Shown: positions 22,460 through 33,578, counted from the stretch's first letter. The stretch is DNA of 64,000 nucleotides from Alphaproteobacteria bacterium (GCA_965248835.1 CBDFLJ010000002.1:1152001-1216000), one strand, 5' to 3'. Numbers and translations are program-made. Notes: a model not told the origin generated them from the sequence alone.

Positions 22460-22579
22460 ACCAAGAGCCACGTTGCCTTGTACGCGATCCGGACCGATGG
22501 ATAATTCTAACCCGGATCCGCACACCGCGGTAGCGAAGCTTGGGGGAGACAGGCGCCCGAGGGGAGGGGGGTCAGGAAG

Positions 22580-23137
22580 ATGAGGTTGACTCGGCGGTTT
22601 CGCGCCAACGCCCAATCCGCCGTCGCCTGGCGACTCTACGAAGCCGTTGTCGATCAGGCGCGAATGCCCGAATTCTACCTCCAAGCCGGCGTCCCGGACA
22701 CGCTCGACGGCCGGTTCGAGCTCATCGCCCTTCACGCATTCGTCGTCCTGCGCCGGCTCAAGATTGAGCATGACCGGACAAAGGCACTGGCGCAGGCGCT
22801 GTTCGACCGGATGTTCGACGACATGGACCGGAGTCTGCGCGAGATGGGCGCGGGTGATCTCGGCGTCGGCCGCCGGGTCAAGGCGATGGCCAGCGCGTTC
22901 TACGGGCGGATCGGCGCCTACGAGACCGGGTTGGCCGGCGATGACGCGGTGCTCCACGCGGTGCTCGCGCGCAATCTCTACGGGACCATCACGCCCGATC
23001 CGGCTTGCATCGAGACGATAGCCTGCTATCTACGGACCCAGATCGATCACATCGACTCGCTGCCGCTGGACCGGCTGATGGGGGGCGACATCGATTTCGC
23101 GCCGCTCGCCGGGCGGCTCGGCGGCGCCGAACGATAA
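22580..23137 (+). CDS. Ubiquinol-cytochrome c chaperone (Cbp3 family)
   Basis: VPDTLDGRFE, DMDRSLREMG.GDLGVG and AFYGR motifs. Confidence 0.9.
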   Translation: MRLTRRFRANAQSAVAWRLYEAVVDQARMPEFYLQAGVPDTLDGRFELIALHAFVVLRRLKIEHDRTKALAQALFDRMFDDMDRSLREMGAGDLGVGRRVKAMASAFYGRIGAYETGLAGDDAVLHAVLARNLYGTITPDPACIETIACYLRTQIDHIDSLPLDRLMGGDIDFAPLAGRLGGAER

Positions 23138-23150
23138 GGCAGCAAGGCGC

Positions 23151-23678
23151 GTGCAAGCCGAATTCTCCCGCATTGTCGACGTCGACGCGCTATGCGCGGC
23201 AGACGCGGCGGTCTTCGAAATCGAGGCCAGCGAAGCCGAGCGCGTCGCGCTCGCCGCACGCTTCGAGCTCGAGGCGATCGACAGGCTTGCCGCGCGGGTC
23301 ACGCTCAAACGAATCGGACCCTCGGAGGTGATGTTCAGCGCCGATATCCGGGCAGATGTCGTCCAGACCTGCGTGCTCACGCTGGAGCCGCTAGCCAAGC
23401 GCATCGAGGATCGGGCCACGCTCCGTTTCGGCGCGGTGGATGCGTCGGACAGCGGGGGAAAGGCGGAATTTGCCGCCGAAGACGATTTCGAACCACTGCC
23501 CGAAGGCGCGTTCGATATCGGCGAGATCGTCGCCGAGGAGCTTTTCCTGCTTCTCGATCCCTATCCCCGGCAGGCCGCCGCCGCCGCCGCGACGGCGGAT
23601 TCCGAATACATCTTGATTCATGAAGAAAAGCCGGATACCCCGTTTCGCGCGCTGGCAGGGTCGCGGCGAAAGGATTAG
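23151..23678 (+). CDS. YceD/DUF177 family protein
   Basis: [23 protein letters not shown] and PFRAL motifs; upstream of rpmF. Confidence 0.85.
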   Translation: MQAEFSRIVDVDALCAADAAVFEIEASEAERVALAARFELEAIDRLAARVTLKRIGPSEVMFSADIRADVVQTCVLTLEPLAKRIEDRATLRFGAVDASDSGGKAEFAAEDDFEPLPEGAFDIGEIVAEELFLLLDPYPRQAAAAAATADSEYILIHEEKPDTPFRALAGSRRKD

Positions 23679-23764
23679 ACTTCGGCTTTGGGTTGCCGGT
23701 CGCCGTGGAGTTCGGTAGTTATCCACGCTGCCCTTTCAGACAATGTGGAACGAAGAGCGTCCTT

Positions 23765-23947
23765 ATGGCTGTTCCCAAGAGAAAAACGTCCAAGTCCCGC
23801 CGCAACATGCGGCGGTCCCATCATCGCTTGGCGAGCGCTGCTTACGGCGAATGCGCCAATTGCGGCGAGCACAAGCGGCCGCATCACGTCTGCCTGTCTT
23901 GCGGCCATTACGATGGCCGCGATGTGATGGACGCGAGCGCGGCCTGA
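23765..23947 (+). CDS. rpmF: 50S ribosomal protein L32
   Basis: [19 protein letters not shown]...[18 protein letters not shown]. Confidence 0.97.
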   Translation: MAVPKRKTSKSRRNMRRSHHRLASAAYGECANCGEHKRPHHVCLSCGHYDGRDVMDASAA

Positions 23948-23948
23948 T

Positions 23949-25025
23949 GTGCCGTCGCTCAGGGGGGCCGCCGGTTTGAGCCCGCCTCTGACGATTGCCC
24001 TGGATGCGATGGGGGGCGATTTCGCCCCTCGGATCGTGGTCAGGGGTGCCAATATCGCCCGGCAGCGCTATCCCGGTGTCCGGTTCGGCCTGTTCGGCGA
24101 TGAGCGCAAGATCGCGCCCCTGTTGCGGCGCTTTCCTAAGCTGCGCAACGTGATTTCCATCCGGCACACCGAGGAGGTCGTGACCGCCGATGCCAAGCCC
24201 TCCCAGGCGCTGCGCCAGGGCAGAGAGTCCAGCATGCGGCTTGCGATCAACGCGGTGCGCGACGGCGAGGCGGCCGGCGTGGTCTCCGCCGGCAACACCG
24301 GCGCGCTGATGGCGATGGCGAAGGTCACGCTCAAGACCCTGCCGGGCATAGACCGGCCGGCGATGGCAGCGGTCTTCCCCAGCCAGCGCAGCGAATCGGT
24401 GATGCTGGATCTGGGCGCGAACGTGGAATGCGATGCCGAGAACCTGATCGAGTTCTCGATCATGGGCGCGGAATTCGCGCGCACGGTGCTCGGCCTGTAC
24501 GACCCCAGCGTCGGGCTGCTGAACGTCGGCACCGAGGAAGCCAAGGGGCACGAAGCCGTCCGCCAGGCCTCGGCCCGCCTGCGCGAACGGTCCGGCGGGT
24601 TCCGCTTCCACGGCTTCGTCGAGGGCGACGACATCGCCAAGGGCACTGTCGACGTGATCGTCTCGGACGGGTTTTCCGGCAACATCGCGCTCAAGACAAT
24701 CGAAGGCTCGGTAAGGCTTTATTCCGATTTCCTGCGCAAGGCGTTCAAGAGCTCGATCGCCTCCAGGCTAGGCTACCTGCTCGCGCGGCGGAGCCTCAAC
24801 AAGCTGCGCGCTCGCCTCGATCCCAGACGTTATAACGGCGCCATGTTCCTCGGCCTCAACGGCATCGTCGTCAAGAGTCATGGCGGGACGGATGCCTTCG
24901 GCTTCGCCAACGCAATCGGCGTGGCGGTCGACATGGCGGTCAACGGCTTCAACGACAAGATCATCGCGGAACTGGACAAGAACGGCTCTACCCTGCCCAT
25001 GGAAGCACGCGCGGCCGCGTCCTGA
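23949..25025 (+). CDS. plsX: Phosphate acyltransferase PlsX
   Basis: [29 protein letters not shown] and KSHG motifs. Confidence 0.96.
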   Translation: MPSLRGAAGLSPPLTIALDAMGGDFAPRIVVRGANIARQRYPGVRFGLFGDERKIAPLLRRFPKLRNVISIRHTEEVVTADAKPSQALRQGRESSMRLAINAVRDGEAAGVVSAGNTGALMAMAKVTLKTLPGIDRPAMAAVFPSQRSESVMLDLGANVECDAENLIEFSIMGAEFARTVLGLYDPSVGLLNVGTEEAKGHEAVRQASARLRERSGGFRFHGFVEGDDIAKGTVDVIVSDGFSGNIALKTIEGSVRLYSDFLRKAFKSSIASRLGYLLARRSLNKLRARLDPRRYNGAMFLGLNGIVVKSHGGTDAFGFANAIGVAVDMAVNGFNDKIIAELDKNGSTLPMEARAAAS

Positions 25026-25999
25026 TGGTGTTGCGTTCCATCGTCGCTGGTTGTGGGTCCTATCTGCCCGAGCGCATCCTCACCAATGCCGAACTCGCCC
25101 TGCAGGTCGACACCTCCGATGAATGGATCGTCCAGCGGACCGGCATCCACGAGCGGCGGATCGCCGCCGACGGCGAGAAAACATCCGATCTTGCGATCGA
25201 GGCCGCCACGCAGGCGCTTGGCCGCGCGGGCATGCAGCCCTCCGACATCGATCTGATCGTTCTGGCGACGGCGACCCCGGACCACACCTTCCCGGCGACG
25301 GCGACCCGGGTTCAGGGCGCGCTGGGGATCACCCGCGGCGCCGCCTTCGACATCCAGGCCGTCTGTTCGGGCTTTCTCTACGCGGTCACCGTCGCGGACA
25401 ACTTCATCCGTCTCGGCCAAGCCGGAACCGCTCTGGTCATCGGCGCGGAGACCTTTTCGCGGATTCTCGACTGGTCCGACCGGGGCACCTGCGTGCTGTT
25501 CGGCGACGGCGCCGGCGCGGTGGTCCTGCGCGCCGAGGAGGGCAACGGCGAGGCCACCGACCGCGGCGTGATCTCGAACCACCTGCACTCCGACGGGCGG
25601 TACCACGATTTGCTCTATGTCGACGGCGGCCCGTCGAGCACGCGCACGGTCGGCCACCTGAAGATGGTTGGCCGCGAGGTCTTCCGCCATGCCGTCAACA
25701 ACCTCTCCGCGGTGGTCGGCGAGGCGCTCGATGCCAACGGCCTGCGCGCCGAGGACATCGATTGGGTGGTCCCGCACCAGGCCAATCTGCGCATCCTCAA
25801 CAGCACCGCCGCCAAGCTCGGGCTGCCGATGGACAAGTTCGTCCTGACGCTGGACCGCCATGCCAACACCTCGGCGGCCTCGATCCCGCTCGCGCTCGCC
25901 GAGGCGGCCGGGGACGGCCGGATCAAGCGCGGCGACCTCTGCCTGCTCGAAGCGATGGGGGGCGGGTTCACCTGGGCTGCCAGCTTGCTGCGCTGGTAG
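25025..25999 (+). CDS. fabH: Beta-ketoacyl-ACP synthase III
   Basis: AVCSGF, FGDGAGA, PHQAN and NTSAAS motifs. Confidence 0.96.
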   Translation: MVLRSIVAGCGSYLPERILTNAELALQVDTSDEWIVQRTGIHERRIAADGEKTSDLAIEAATQALGRAGMQPSDIDLIVLATATPDHTFPATATRVQGALGITRGAAFDIQAVCSGFLYAVTVADNFIRLGQAGTALVIGAETFSRILDWSDRGTCVLFGDGAGAVVLRAEEGNGEATDRGVISNHLHSDGRYHDLLYVDGGPSSTRTVGHLKMVGREVFRHAVNNLSAVVGEALDANGLRAEDIDWVVPHQANLRILNSTAAKLGLPMDKFVLTLDRHANTSAASIPLALAEAAGDGRIKRGDLCLLEAMGGGFTWAASLLRW

Positions 26000-26136
26000 A
26001 CCGGCACTCCGGGCGGCCGGGAGATCCGAGGCCGTTAAGCGCGGATTTACTTTAGGAAATCGCTCTATCCCTTTGATAATTGACTAGCTTATTCACTTGC
26101 GATAGGGTTTGTCGAAATTCGGCGGGGACACATGGA

Positions 26137-26463
26137 ATGGCGCCACAAACGGTTACCCGTGCTCAGCTGAGCGAGGCGGTCTATCAGGAAGTCGGGCTGT
26201 CTCGAAACGAGTCCGCCGACCTCGTCGAGACCGTGTTGCGAGAGATTTCCGATACGCTGACTCGCGGCGAGCCAGTCAAGATCTCGTCCTTCGGCAGCTT
26301 TTCCGTACGCCAAAAGGGCCAGCGTGTGGGCCGCAATCCCAAGACCGGCCAAGAGGTGCCGATACCACCCCGCAAGGTTCTGGTCTTTCGCGCCTCCAAC
26401 GTCCTGAAGGCGCGCATCAACGGCGCCTTGTCCCGCCCCTCGGGCGTCGAATCGAACCGTTAG
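26137..26463 (+). CDS. ihfA: Integration host factor subunit alpha
   Basis: [26 protein letters not shown] and GRNPKTG motifs; fabH-ihfA-merR synteny. Confidence 0.95.
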   Translation: MAPQTVTRAQLSEAVYQEVGLSRNESADLVETVLREISDTLTRGEPVKISSFGSFSVRQKGQRVGRNPKTGQEVPIPPRKVLVFRASNVLKARINGALSRPSGVESNR

Positions 26464-26483
26464 ACGGTTAAGGCGTCCTGACG

Positions 26484-26993
26484 ATGGCCGAACCCGCAGA
26501 AGCGACAGGGCCGGAAAGGCGCCGCGGGACCAAGTCCGCAGCCGCGTTCAGGACGATCAGCGAGGTCTCCAGCGATCTCGCCGTCCCGCCCCATGTGCTG
26601 CGGTTCTGGGAGAGCAAGTTCGCTCAGGTCCGACCACTCAAGCGCGGCGGCGGGCGGCGCTACTACCGGCCCGAAGACGTCGACCTGCTGCGCTTGATCC
26701 GCGAACTGCTCTACACCGACGGCTACACCATAAAGGGCGTCCAGAAGCTGCTCCGCGAGCGCGGCATCAAGGGTCTGATCCAGGGTGCGGAGACCGGCGC
26801 GCCGACGGAACCAGGCGAAGACCGGAGCGCGGCCGAGCCTGCCGATCCGGCGCTCGCGCCAGCGCCAGCCGCAGCGATGGAGGCGCCGGCGGCCGCGGAG
26901 CCCGGCGAGATCGAAGCGCTCAGGGCCGCGCTCGAAGACGTGCTCGGCGAACTCGAGGCGCTCAGGGAGAGTCTCCGCAAAGCGATCGGCTGA
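26484..26993 (+). CDS. MerR family transcriptional regulator (ihfA-associated)
   Basis: [30 protein letters not shown] and GYTIKGVQ motifs. Confidence 0.92.
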   Translation: MAEPAEATGPERRRGTKSAAAFRTISEVSSDLAVPPHVLRFWESKFAQVRPLKRGGGRRYYRPEDVDLLRLIRELLYTDGYTIKGVQKLLRERGIKGLIQGAETGAPTEPGEDRSAAEPADPALAPAPAAAMEAPAAAEPGEIEALRAALEDVLGELEALRESLRKAIG

Positions 26994-27004
26994 GCGCCGG
27001 GACG

Positions 27005-27033
27005 TTGTCATCGACCTCGAACCGCCGTATGAT
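27005..27033 (+). promoter_or_regulatory. sigma70 promoter of tRNA-Pro
   Basis: TTGTCA-N17-TATGAT followed by a GC-rich discriminator, 30 nt before the tRNA. Confidence 0.65.
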
Positions 27034-27062
27034 TCCCGCGCGCTTGGCGCGTAACCGGCCGA

Positions 27063-27139
<77 letters not shown>

Positions 27140-27143
27140 AGAA

Positions 27144-27179
27144 GATCAGGGGGTTAGGGGAAACTCTGACCCCCTGATC
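27144..27179 (+). terminator. Stem-loop after tRNA-Pro (GAAA tetraloop)
   Basis: GATCAGGGGGTTAGGG-GAAA-CTCTGACCCCCTGATC; no clear U-tract. Confidence 0.6.
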
Positions 27180-27270
27180 CGTTGTGCGCGGCCGAACGGG
27201 GTAGAGTCCTCGAACGTATTGCGGGTGTCGGTTGTCGCGCCGCAATTCCGGAATTCTGCGATGGCGGGCC

Positions 27271-28587
27271 TCAGTCCATCGTCCCCGGCAGATAGAGGGA
27301 GATCTGCGGAAACGCCACGAGGAGCGCGACGACGACGACCTCGCACGCCAGGAACCAGCCGACGCCGCGGAAGATCGTCTCCAGCGGGATCGTATCGCCG
27401 ACGACGGACTTGATGACGTAGACGTTGAAGCCGACCGGCGGGGTCAACAGACCGATCTCGAGGAATTTCACCACCAGCACGCCGAACCAGACCAGATCGA
27501 GGTTCAGCCCTTCGAACATCGGCAGAAGGATCGGCAGCGTCAGCAGCAGCAGCCCGAGCGGGTCGAGGAACATCCCGAGGACGACGTAGATTACCGAGGC
27601 TGCGAGCACCAGCAGCAGCGGATCAAGCGCCCAGTCGCCGATCAGGTTGGCGAGATAGCTGGGCATGCCGGTCAACGCGAGAAACTTGGTGTACATCACC
27701 GCACCGACCGCGACGAAAAAGATGCGGGCGGTCGCGGTGATCGCCTCGACCAGGCTTTCGCGGAACACCTCGAAGTTCATCCGGCGCTGAATGAAGGCGA
27801 CGATCAGCGCCAGCACGGCGCCGGCCGCGCCAGCCTCGGTCGGCGTGACGATGCCGGCATAGAGCCCGCCGATGATGCCGACGATCAGCGCGAGCAGGGG
27901 CCAGACCCGCCACAGGGCCCGCATGCGCTCGGGCCTGAGCCGTGCGATCTCCCGAGGATCGATCGGCGGTGCAAGCCCGGGGTCGAGCTTGCAACGGGTC
28001 AGGATCATCACCGTGTAGACCGCGGCTGTCAGAAGGCCGGGAAGGACGCCCGCGATCAGCAGCTTGACGATCGAGACCTCGGCAAAGATGCCGTAGAGCA
28101 CGAACAGGATGCTGGGCGGGATCAGCGAGCCCAGCGTGCCGGCGCTGGCGACCACGCCGGTGGCCAGACCCTTCTCGTAGCCGTGCTCCAGCATCTCGGG
28201 GATGGCGATGCGGCCCATCGCGGCCGCGGTCGCGACCGAGGAACCCGATGCGGCCGCGAACGCCGCACAGGCAAGGTTGGTCGCCACCGCAAGGCCGCCG
28301 GGCAGCCCGCCGAACCACAACCTGGCCGCCTGGAACAGGGCCTGGCTGATGCCCGAATGATGGGCGATCGATCCCATCAGCAGGAACATCGGGATGGCCG
28401 ATAGGCTGTAGTTGGCGGCGAACTCGAACGGCGTGTCCTTGATGATGCCGAAAGCGACGTTGATGTTGCGGATATGGGCGATCCCCAGGAACGCGATCCC
28501 GCCCAGCGCGACCCCGATCGGCAAGCGCCCGCCGATCAGCAGCAGGATGGCGCCGAGGCTCCAGAAGCCGAGTTCGACCGCGCTCAC
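27271..28587 (-). CDS. TRAP transporter large permease DctM
   Basis: AIPMFLLMG, FAAASGSSVAT, GTLGSLIPPS and LTPPVG motifs. Confidence 0.93.
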   Translation of the reverse strand: MSAVELGFWSLGAILLLIGGRLPIGVALGGIAFLGIAHIRNINVAFGIIKDTPFEFAANYSLSAIPMFLLMGSIAHHSGISQALFQAARLWFGGLPGGLAVATNLACAAFAAASGSSVATAAAMGRIAIPEMLEHGYEKGLATGVVASAGTLGSLIPPSILFVLYGIFAEVSIVKLLIAGVLPGLLTAAVYTVMILTRCKLDPGLAPPIDPREIARLRPERMRALWRVWPLLALIVGIIGGLYAGIVTPTEAGAAGAVLALIVAFIQRRMNFEVFRESLVEAITATARIFFVAVGAVMYTKFLALTGMPSYLANLIGDWALDPLLLVLAASVIYVVLGMFLDPLGLLLLTLPILLPMFEGLNLDLVWFGVLVVKFLEIGLLTPPVGFNVYVIKSVVGDTIPLETIFRGVGWFLACEVVVVALLVAFPQISLYLPGTMD

Positions 28588-29099
28588 TGTCCGCCGGGGT
28601 CCGAGCTATCGCGAAGGCGGCGCAGGTCCTCGAAAACCCGGTAGAGGACGTAGAGCGCCATCGCGGCGATGCCGACCGGCAGCAGCCACCGGCTGGGCCA
28701 GACATCGACGAAGCCGGCCGCGGTCTCCCACATCTCACCCCTGTCCGTACGCTCGAGCGCCACCACCGTCGTCTGCCAGGCGAACACGGCGAGATAGGCG
28801 AAGGTGATGACGTTTACCGCGATCTCCAGACGGAACAGCGGTCTGGCCGAAAGCGAGCGGGTGAACAGCTCGACGATGATCTGTCCTTCGTGCCGGCTGA
28901 TATAGGCCAGTGGCAGGAACGAGACCGCGACCATGTAGTAGGCCGAGACGACCTCGATCGTGCCCTGGAAGGGGTGGTTGAAGACGACGCGGCCGATCAC
29001 GTCGATCGTGATGTGGGCCATCATCAGAAACCCGCTGAAGCAGGCCAGCCACATCAGGAAGTTGATCGGCAGGACGAGCGCCTTGCTGAGCCTGTCCAA
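28584..29099 (-). CDS. TRAP transporter small permease DctQ
   Basis: Four TM segments, DVIGR..FN.P motif, located between dctP and dctM. Confidence 0.88.
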   Translation of the reverse strand: MDRLSKALVLPINFLMWLACFSGFLMMAHITIDVIGRVVFNHPFQGTIEVVSAYYMVAVSFLPLAYISRHEGQIIVELFTRSLSARPLFRLEIAVNVITFAYLAVFAWQTTVVALERTDRGEMWETAAGFVDVWPSRWLLPVGIAAMALYVLYRVFEDLRRLRDSSDPGGQ

Positions 29100-29177
29100 G
29101 ATGCCGCTTTCGTTGCCTCGACCGAGCGCGAGGCACGAACGGGCCGGTTCGGCCCGCTCGCGCGGTGCCGCCGCCCG

Positions 29178-30296
29178 TTAGAGCTTGTTGATGTCGATCT
29201 GGTCGTAGATCTCGCGCTGCAGGATGGCCTCGTACTTCGCGGTGTCGCTGCCGATTTCCTTCGACAGCTTGCCCCACTTCACCAGCGCTGCTTCGAACGC
29301 ATCGGCGATTCTTTCCGGGTTCTTGACGCCGAATTTTCGGGCGTTGGCGATGTTCTGCTCGCGCTGCACCTTCTTGCGCTTTGCGACGAGCTCGGCGAAC
29401 TCCGCGCCGCCGGGATAAAGGGTGACGCCGACCTCCTTGGCCGAGGCGAGAATCGCCGCATCGCGCAGCTTGTAGGCCGTGATCACCGAATCGGCGATGA
29501 CCCGCGGGGCGTATTTCAGATGCGCTTTCTTCTGGGCCAGGGTCAGCTTGTCCCAGCTATCGCGGTTGAGAAAGATCGAGAGCACAGGCCCGACCATGCC
29601 TAGCGGATAGTTCAGGATGTGCTTGGCGACATCCTGGTATCCGTAGGACTTCAGCCACGATGGCGCGCCAAGGACGCAATCGACGGTCCCGCGCTGGAGT
29701 GCGGTGGTCGCCTTGGCCGGGCTCATGGCGACGGGAGTCGCACCGGCCTGCCTCATGAGATAGACCCCGCCCCCCGAGCTGCGGACCTTCTTTCCCTTGA
29801 GCTCGGCGAGGTTCCTTACCGGCTTGCGGCACATCAGCATGAACGGCGAGGCCGAGTAGCTGCCCAGAACGACGGCATTGTTCCTTCTGATCTCCGCTAG
29901 GCATTCGGGGCAGCGGAGCAGCAGCGTTTCGGCGCTCGCGCCGCCCGCGGCGACGATGTCCTCGCCGAAGACCAGAGTCGAGAAGACGCTGTTCGTCGCC
30001 GGCAGATCGGCCGGCGTGTAGGAGGGGATCGGCATCCCGGCATCGGCGATGCCGTCGCGCACGCCGGCGAGCGTGCCGCGCCCGTTCATCAACTGTCCGC
30101 CGGCGACCATCTTCCAGGTGATCTCGCCGCCGGTGTCCTTGGTCACCCCTCTGAACATGTGCGGCAACGATCCGGACATGACTGGATGCTTGGGGCTGAC
30201 CCAGCTCCCGTAGATCAGCTCGCGGGCCTCGGCCGACTGCGCGGCGAGCGCGCCGACGGTCATTGTCGCGGCCAGTAGCGGCAGTATCCGCTTCAT
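29178..30296 (-). CDS. TRAP transporter substrate-binding protein DctP
   Basis: Signal peptide (MKRILPLL...AEA); VRDGIAD, LKGKKVR and ALQRGTVDC motifs. Confidence 0.88.
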   Translation of the reverse strand: MKRILPLLAATMTVGALAAQSAEARELIYGSWVSPKHPVMSGSLPHMFRGVTKDTGGEITWKMVAGGQLMNGRGTLAGVRDGIADAGMPIPSYTPADLPATNSVFSTLVFGEDIVAAGGASAETLLLRCPECLAEIRRNNAVVLGSYSASPFMLMCRKPVRNLAELKGKKVRSSGGGVYLMRQAGATPVAMSPAKATTALQRGTVDCVLGAPSWLKSYGYQDVAKHILNYPLGMVGPVLSIFLNRDSWDKLTLAQKKAHLKYAPRVIADSVITAYKLRDAAILASAKEVGVTLYPGGAEFAELVAKRKKVQREQNIANARKFGVKNPERIADAFEAALVKWGKLSKEIGSDTAKYEAILQREIYDQIDINKL

Positions 30297-30416
30297 CACG
30301 GTTTCCTCTCCTGCTCCATTCTGCGGCGTTCGTTCCTCTCGGCATCGAGGCGACGGATTTGAATTCATCCAACTCGATTCACCAAATACGCGCAAGCCAC
30401 AACCCATTTCGATGCG

Positions 30417-30908
30417 CTAGACGATGATCGACAATCGGCCTTGCGGCCGAAGCGCCTCCATTTCCAGGATTGTGCGCTTCTCTCTGATCCGCCAGCTATC
30501 ACCGTGGGTGAGCAGGACGTATTCATGCCGGCCGAAAAAGCTGTCGGTGACGCCCTGGCTCGACCGCATAGTGATGAAGGCGCTCTGGGTCTTGAGCGTG
30601 GTGCCGGTGTTCCCGAGCACCCGGACGTTGGAGACCAGGCGCTTGGTCCGCGAGCGCGGGTGTTCGGAATGGGCGGACTCCTTGCCGAGCCGCCCGACCC
30701 GCTCGGCGAGGTGATGGGCATCGTCGGCGATCAAATAAAGCGTCGAGGCGGGCGGCGCATAAGGATCCCCAGCCGGGTTCGGCACGAGATACCGGCAATC
30801 CTCGGTGAACAGCGCAAGCCAGTCCTCAAGGCGCCATTCGTCCAGCATCGCGGCTTCCTCGATCAGGAACATCTCGACCCTGATTTTCAGGTCGGCAGCC
30901 TCGGTCAC
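30417..30908 (-). CDS. Aromatic ring-hydroxylating dioxygenase beta subunit
   Basis: FLIEEAAMLDEWRLEDWL, SEHPRSRTKRLVSNV and WRIREK motifs; GTGA overlap with the alpha subunit. Confidence 0.9.
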   Translation of the reverse strand: MTEAADLKIRVEMFLIEEAAMLDEWRLEDWLALFTEDCRYLVPNPAGDPYAPPASTLYLIADDAHHLAERVGRLGKESAHSEHPRSRTKRLVSNVRVLGNTGTTLKTQSAFITMRSSQGVTDSFFGRHEYVLLTHGDSWRIREKRTILEMEALRPQGRLSIIV

Positions 30909-32206
30909 GCCCGGCCTTCGACATCCAGCAGGCATTGCTGCCAGGCACGCCAGAACGCGCGCTGCGGCAGTTCGTCCTTGGTCTGTCCGTGAACATCCTC
31001 GGACGACCCGCGGAAGCCCTTCGACAGGTCGTTCCACGGAGCCTCCCGACATGCGGCAAACGCGCGGTGGCAGGATTCCAGAGCCTCGACGTCATCGGGC
31101 GTGGCAAATCCCGCCGGCCCGAGGAATTCCAGAAAGTTGGTCAGCCGGCGTTCGAGGGCGGGCGTGCCGCGCTCCTCGATCGGCGCCAGGGCCCAGGCGC
31201 TGACCTCCATGTAATCGACCGCCGTCGGCTGGAAGGTCCTGATAGTGAGCGACATGATGTCGTTGATCACCAGGTTGGGAAAGATCAGCATGTTGCGGCT
31301 GCATCCGGCCATCTTGTTCGCGGTTTCCTCGCCGAAACGGCGGACCAGGCGTTCGCGGGTTCGCGCGATCTCGGCCTTCGCCTCGGCGCCCCAGAGCGAG
31401 ATCCATTTGGCGATGGGCCGCCCGTGCGGCGCGTCGCGTTCGACCACTGCGTGGCCGTTGCCAAGGTCGATGCTTTCCCCCTCCATCGCGCCGCCCCCGA
31501 TCGCGCCGTCGGAGTTCCGCCTGACCAGATCAAGATAGGTCGCATGCAGCGTGTGAATGTGCACGATGTCGGTGCTGTTCTCGGCCAGCAGCTTCCAGTT
31601 CGCCCGCATGCTGTATTCCTGCGGCTGCCCGACGATCTCCATGCCCATCTCGGCCTGGTCAACGACGCGGTCGATAAAGGTGCGGGCCGCGCCCAAATAG
31701 TCCGGCAGGGCCGGCGCATCGGGATCGAAGTTCAGGAACCATAAGCCGCGGTATTGGTCCAACCGCGCAACCGGTACCAGGTCGTTGCCTCCGTTGGCCT
31801 TGAAACCGGGCGGATAGGTGTCCTCCTCGGTGATATGCAGCACCGTGCCGTCGCTTGCGAAGGACCAGCCGTGATAGAGGCAATGGAACGCCCTGGCGTT
31901 GCCCTCGCGATGGCGGCAGAGCTGCGCGCCACGGTGCGGACAGATGTTGAGGAGGCATCTTACGGTGCCCGCCCCGTCCCGCACGAAGATGACCGGACGC
32001 CCGGCGATGGTGCGGGTCTTGAAGTCGTTCGGGCGGGCGAGCTCGGAGTCATGGCCGACATAGAGCCAGCATTTCGAGAAGATCCCGGCCAGTTCGGCGC
32101 GGTGGATCTCCGGATCGACATAGGACGAGCGCGCGACGCGGAAGAGACGATCGTCGGGATCGATCCGAACCGCCTGCCGAATGCGCTGGTGGACGATGGT
32201 CTGCAT
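30905..32206 (-). CDS. Aromatic ring-hydroxylating dioxygenase alpha subunit (p-cumate dioxygenase-like Rieske oxygenase)
   Basis: Rieske motif CPHRG...CLYHGW; NWKLLAEN, IFPNLVIND and FLGPAGFATPDDVE motifs. Confidence 0.92.
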   Translation of the reverse strand: MQTIVHQRIRQAVRIDPDDRLFRVARSSYVDPEIHRAELAGIFSKCWLYVGHDSELARPNDFKTRTIAGRPVIFVRDGAGTVRCLLNICPHRGAQLCRHREGNARAFHCLYHGWSFASDGTVLHITEEDTYPPGFKANGGNDLVPVARLDQYRGLWFLNFDPDAPALPDYLGAARTFIDRVVDQAEMGMEIVGQPQEYSMRANWKLLAENSTDIVHIHTLHATYLDLVRRNSDGAIGGGAMEGESIDLGNGHAVVERDAPHGRPIAKWISLWGAEAKAEIARTRERLVRRFGEETANKMAGCSRNMLIFPNLVINDIMSLTIRTFQPTAVDYMEVSAWALAPIEERGTPALERRLTNFLEFLGPAGFATPDDVEALESCHRAFAACREAPWNDLSKGFRGSSEDVHGQTKDELPQRAFWRAWQQCLLDVEGRA

Positions 32207-32321
32207 CCCGACTCCGGCAATCCGCTCCCCGCGCGCGTCATTGCCTTGCGAGGCGGCTGATGGATGTCCATCGTGACCTCGCCCGGGGCCGGGCGTCAAC
32301 CAAGCCGATGGCTGGGCAGGA

Positions 32322-33578
32322 TCAGACCGATGCCGCGAAGTCGCTCGGCTCGTAGGCGGCGGCATGGCGGACCGCGACCGCCCGCAGGTCTGCGACGCTC
32401 ATGCATCCGAGCTGGCCGAGGGTGGCGCTGACGTCCTCGATCCAAAGATCGATCAGGTGCGCCGGCCCGCGGGGGCCGAGCGCCCCCAGGCTCCACAGGA
32501 ACGCCTTGCCGGCAAATGCCGCATCCGCTCCCAGCGCGACCGCGCGCGCCGCGTCGATCCCGGACCGCACGCCGCTGTCGAAGATGATGCTCGCCTTGCT
32601 GCCGACCCGGGCGGCGATCGCGGGCAGGACATCGACCGGCGCCGGCAAGGCCTCGATCTGGCGTCCGCCATGGCTCGAGACGACGATGCCGTCGAGCCCG
32701 AGTGCGACCGCGCGCTCGGCATCGTCGGGATGCAGCACGCCCTTGAGGACCAGCGGCTTGCGCCAAGCGTCGCGGTATTTTGCGACCTCCTCCCAGGTGA
32801 ACGCGCCGCCGCTTTCGCGCTGGATGAACCGGGCCGCCTCGGCGAGGCTCGCACCCGGTTCCATGTAGCGGTCCAATGAGATGAACCGCGGAATGCCGCT
32901 GCGCAGCATCGCGGCGAGCCAGCGCGGCGATGACAAGGCGTCGAGCCGCAGCCGCGGCGTCAGGCGGAACGGCGTGGTGATCCCGCTCTTGACCTCGCGC
33001 GGCCGGGTGGTCCGCGTCGGCGTGTCGATGGTCAAGACCAGCACGTGCACGCCCGCCGCCTCTGCGCGGCGCACCAGGTCGAAGCCGATCCGGTGGCCCT
33101 CGCGCGAGAACCGGTAGAGCTGGAGCCAAAGGACGTCAGGCGCCAGCTTGGCCGCGCGCTCGATGTCGATGCCCGACAGGACGCCCAGGGTATAGGGCAC
33201 CCGGGCCGCCTGCGCCGCGCGCGCCAGATGGGTTTCGGCACCCGGATAGGCCGTGCCGGGGCCGCCGATCGGCGCAATGCCGATGGGCGCTGCGTAATCG
33301 CGGCCGAACAGCCGCGTTGTGGGCGGCGGCGGCTCGACCACCGCGCCATAGCGCGGCACCAGCTCAACCGCATCCAGCGCCGCCCAGTTGCGTGCGATGC
33401 CGCCGTCGGCCCCAGCCCCGCCGTCCATGTACTCGAACGCGAAGTTCGGCATCACCCGGCGGGCGCGGGCCCGCAGGTCCTGGGCGGTCGGGTAGCGCTG
33501 CTTGAGCGCCCGGTCGGGCGGCCGCATCGGCTCGTTGCGTTTCGCCGCGCTCGGTGGGGGCGTCAAGGACTCGGGCAT
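32322..33578 (-). CDS. FMN-dependent alpha-hydroxy acid dehydrogenase (L-lactate/mandelate dehydrogenase family)
   Basis: FEYMDGGA, WLQLY, LVLKG, SHGGRQ and DSGVRSG motifs. Confidence 0.9.
   Translation of the reverse strand: MPESLTPPPSAAKRNEPMRPPDRALKQRYPTAQDLRARARRVMPNFAFEYMDGGAGADGGIARNWAALDAVELVPRYGAVVEPPPPTTRLFGRDYAAPIGIAPIGGPGTAYPGAETHLARAAQAARVPYTLGVLSGIDIERAAKLAPDVLWLQLYRFSREGHRIGFDLVRRAEAAGVHVLVLTIDTPTRTTRPREVKSGITTPFRLTPRLRLDALSSPRWLAAMLRSGIPRFISLDRYMEPGASLAEAARFIQRESGGAFTWEEVAKYRDAWRKPLVLKGVLHPDDAERAVALGLDGIVVSSHGGRQIEALPAPVDVLPAIAARVGSKASIIFDSGVRSGIDAARAVALGADAAFAGKAFLWSLGALGPRGPAHLIDLWIEDVSATLGQLGCMSVADLRAVAVRHAAAYEPSDFAASV

Noticed and set aside
23765-23947. Zn-ribbon (C+) form of L32
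   Set aside because: An ordinary variant that is useful only as a weak taxonomic hint.
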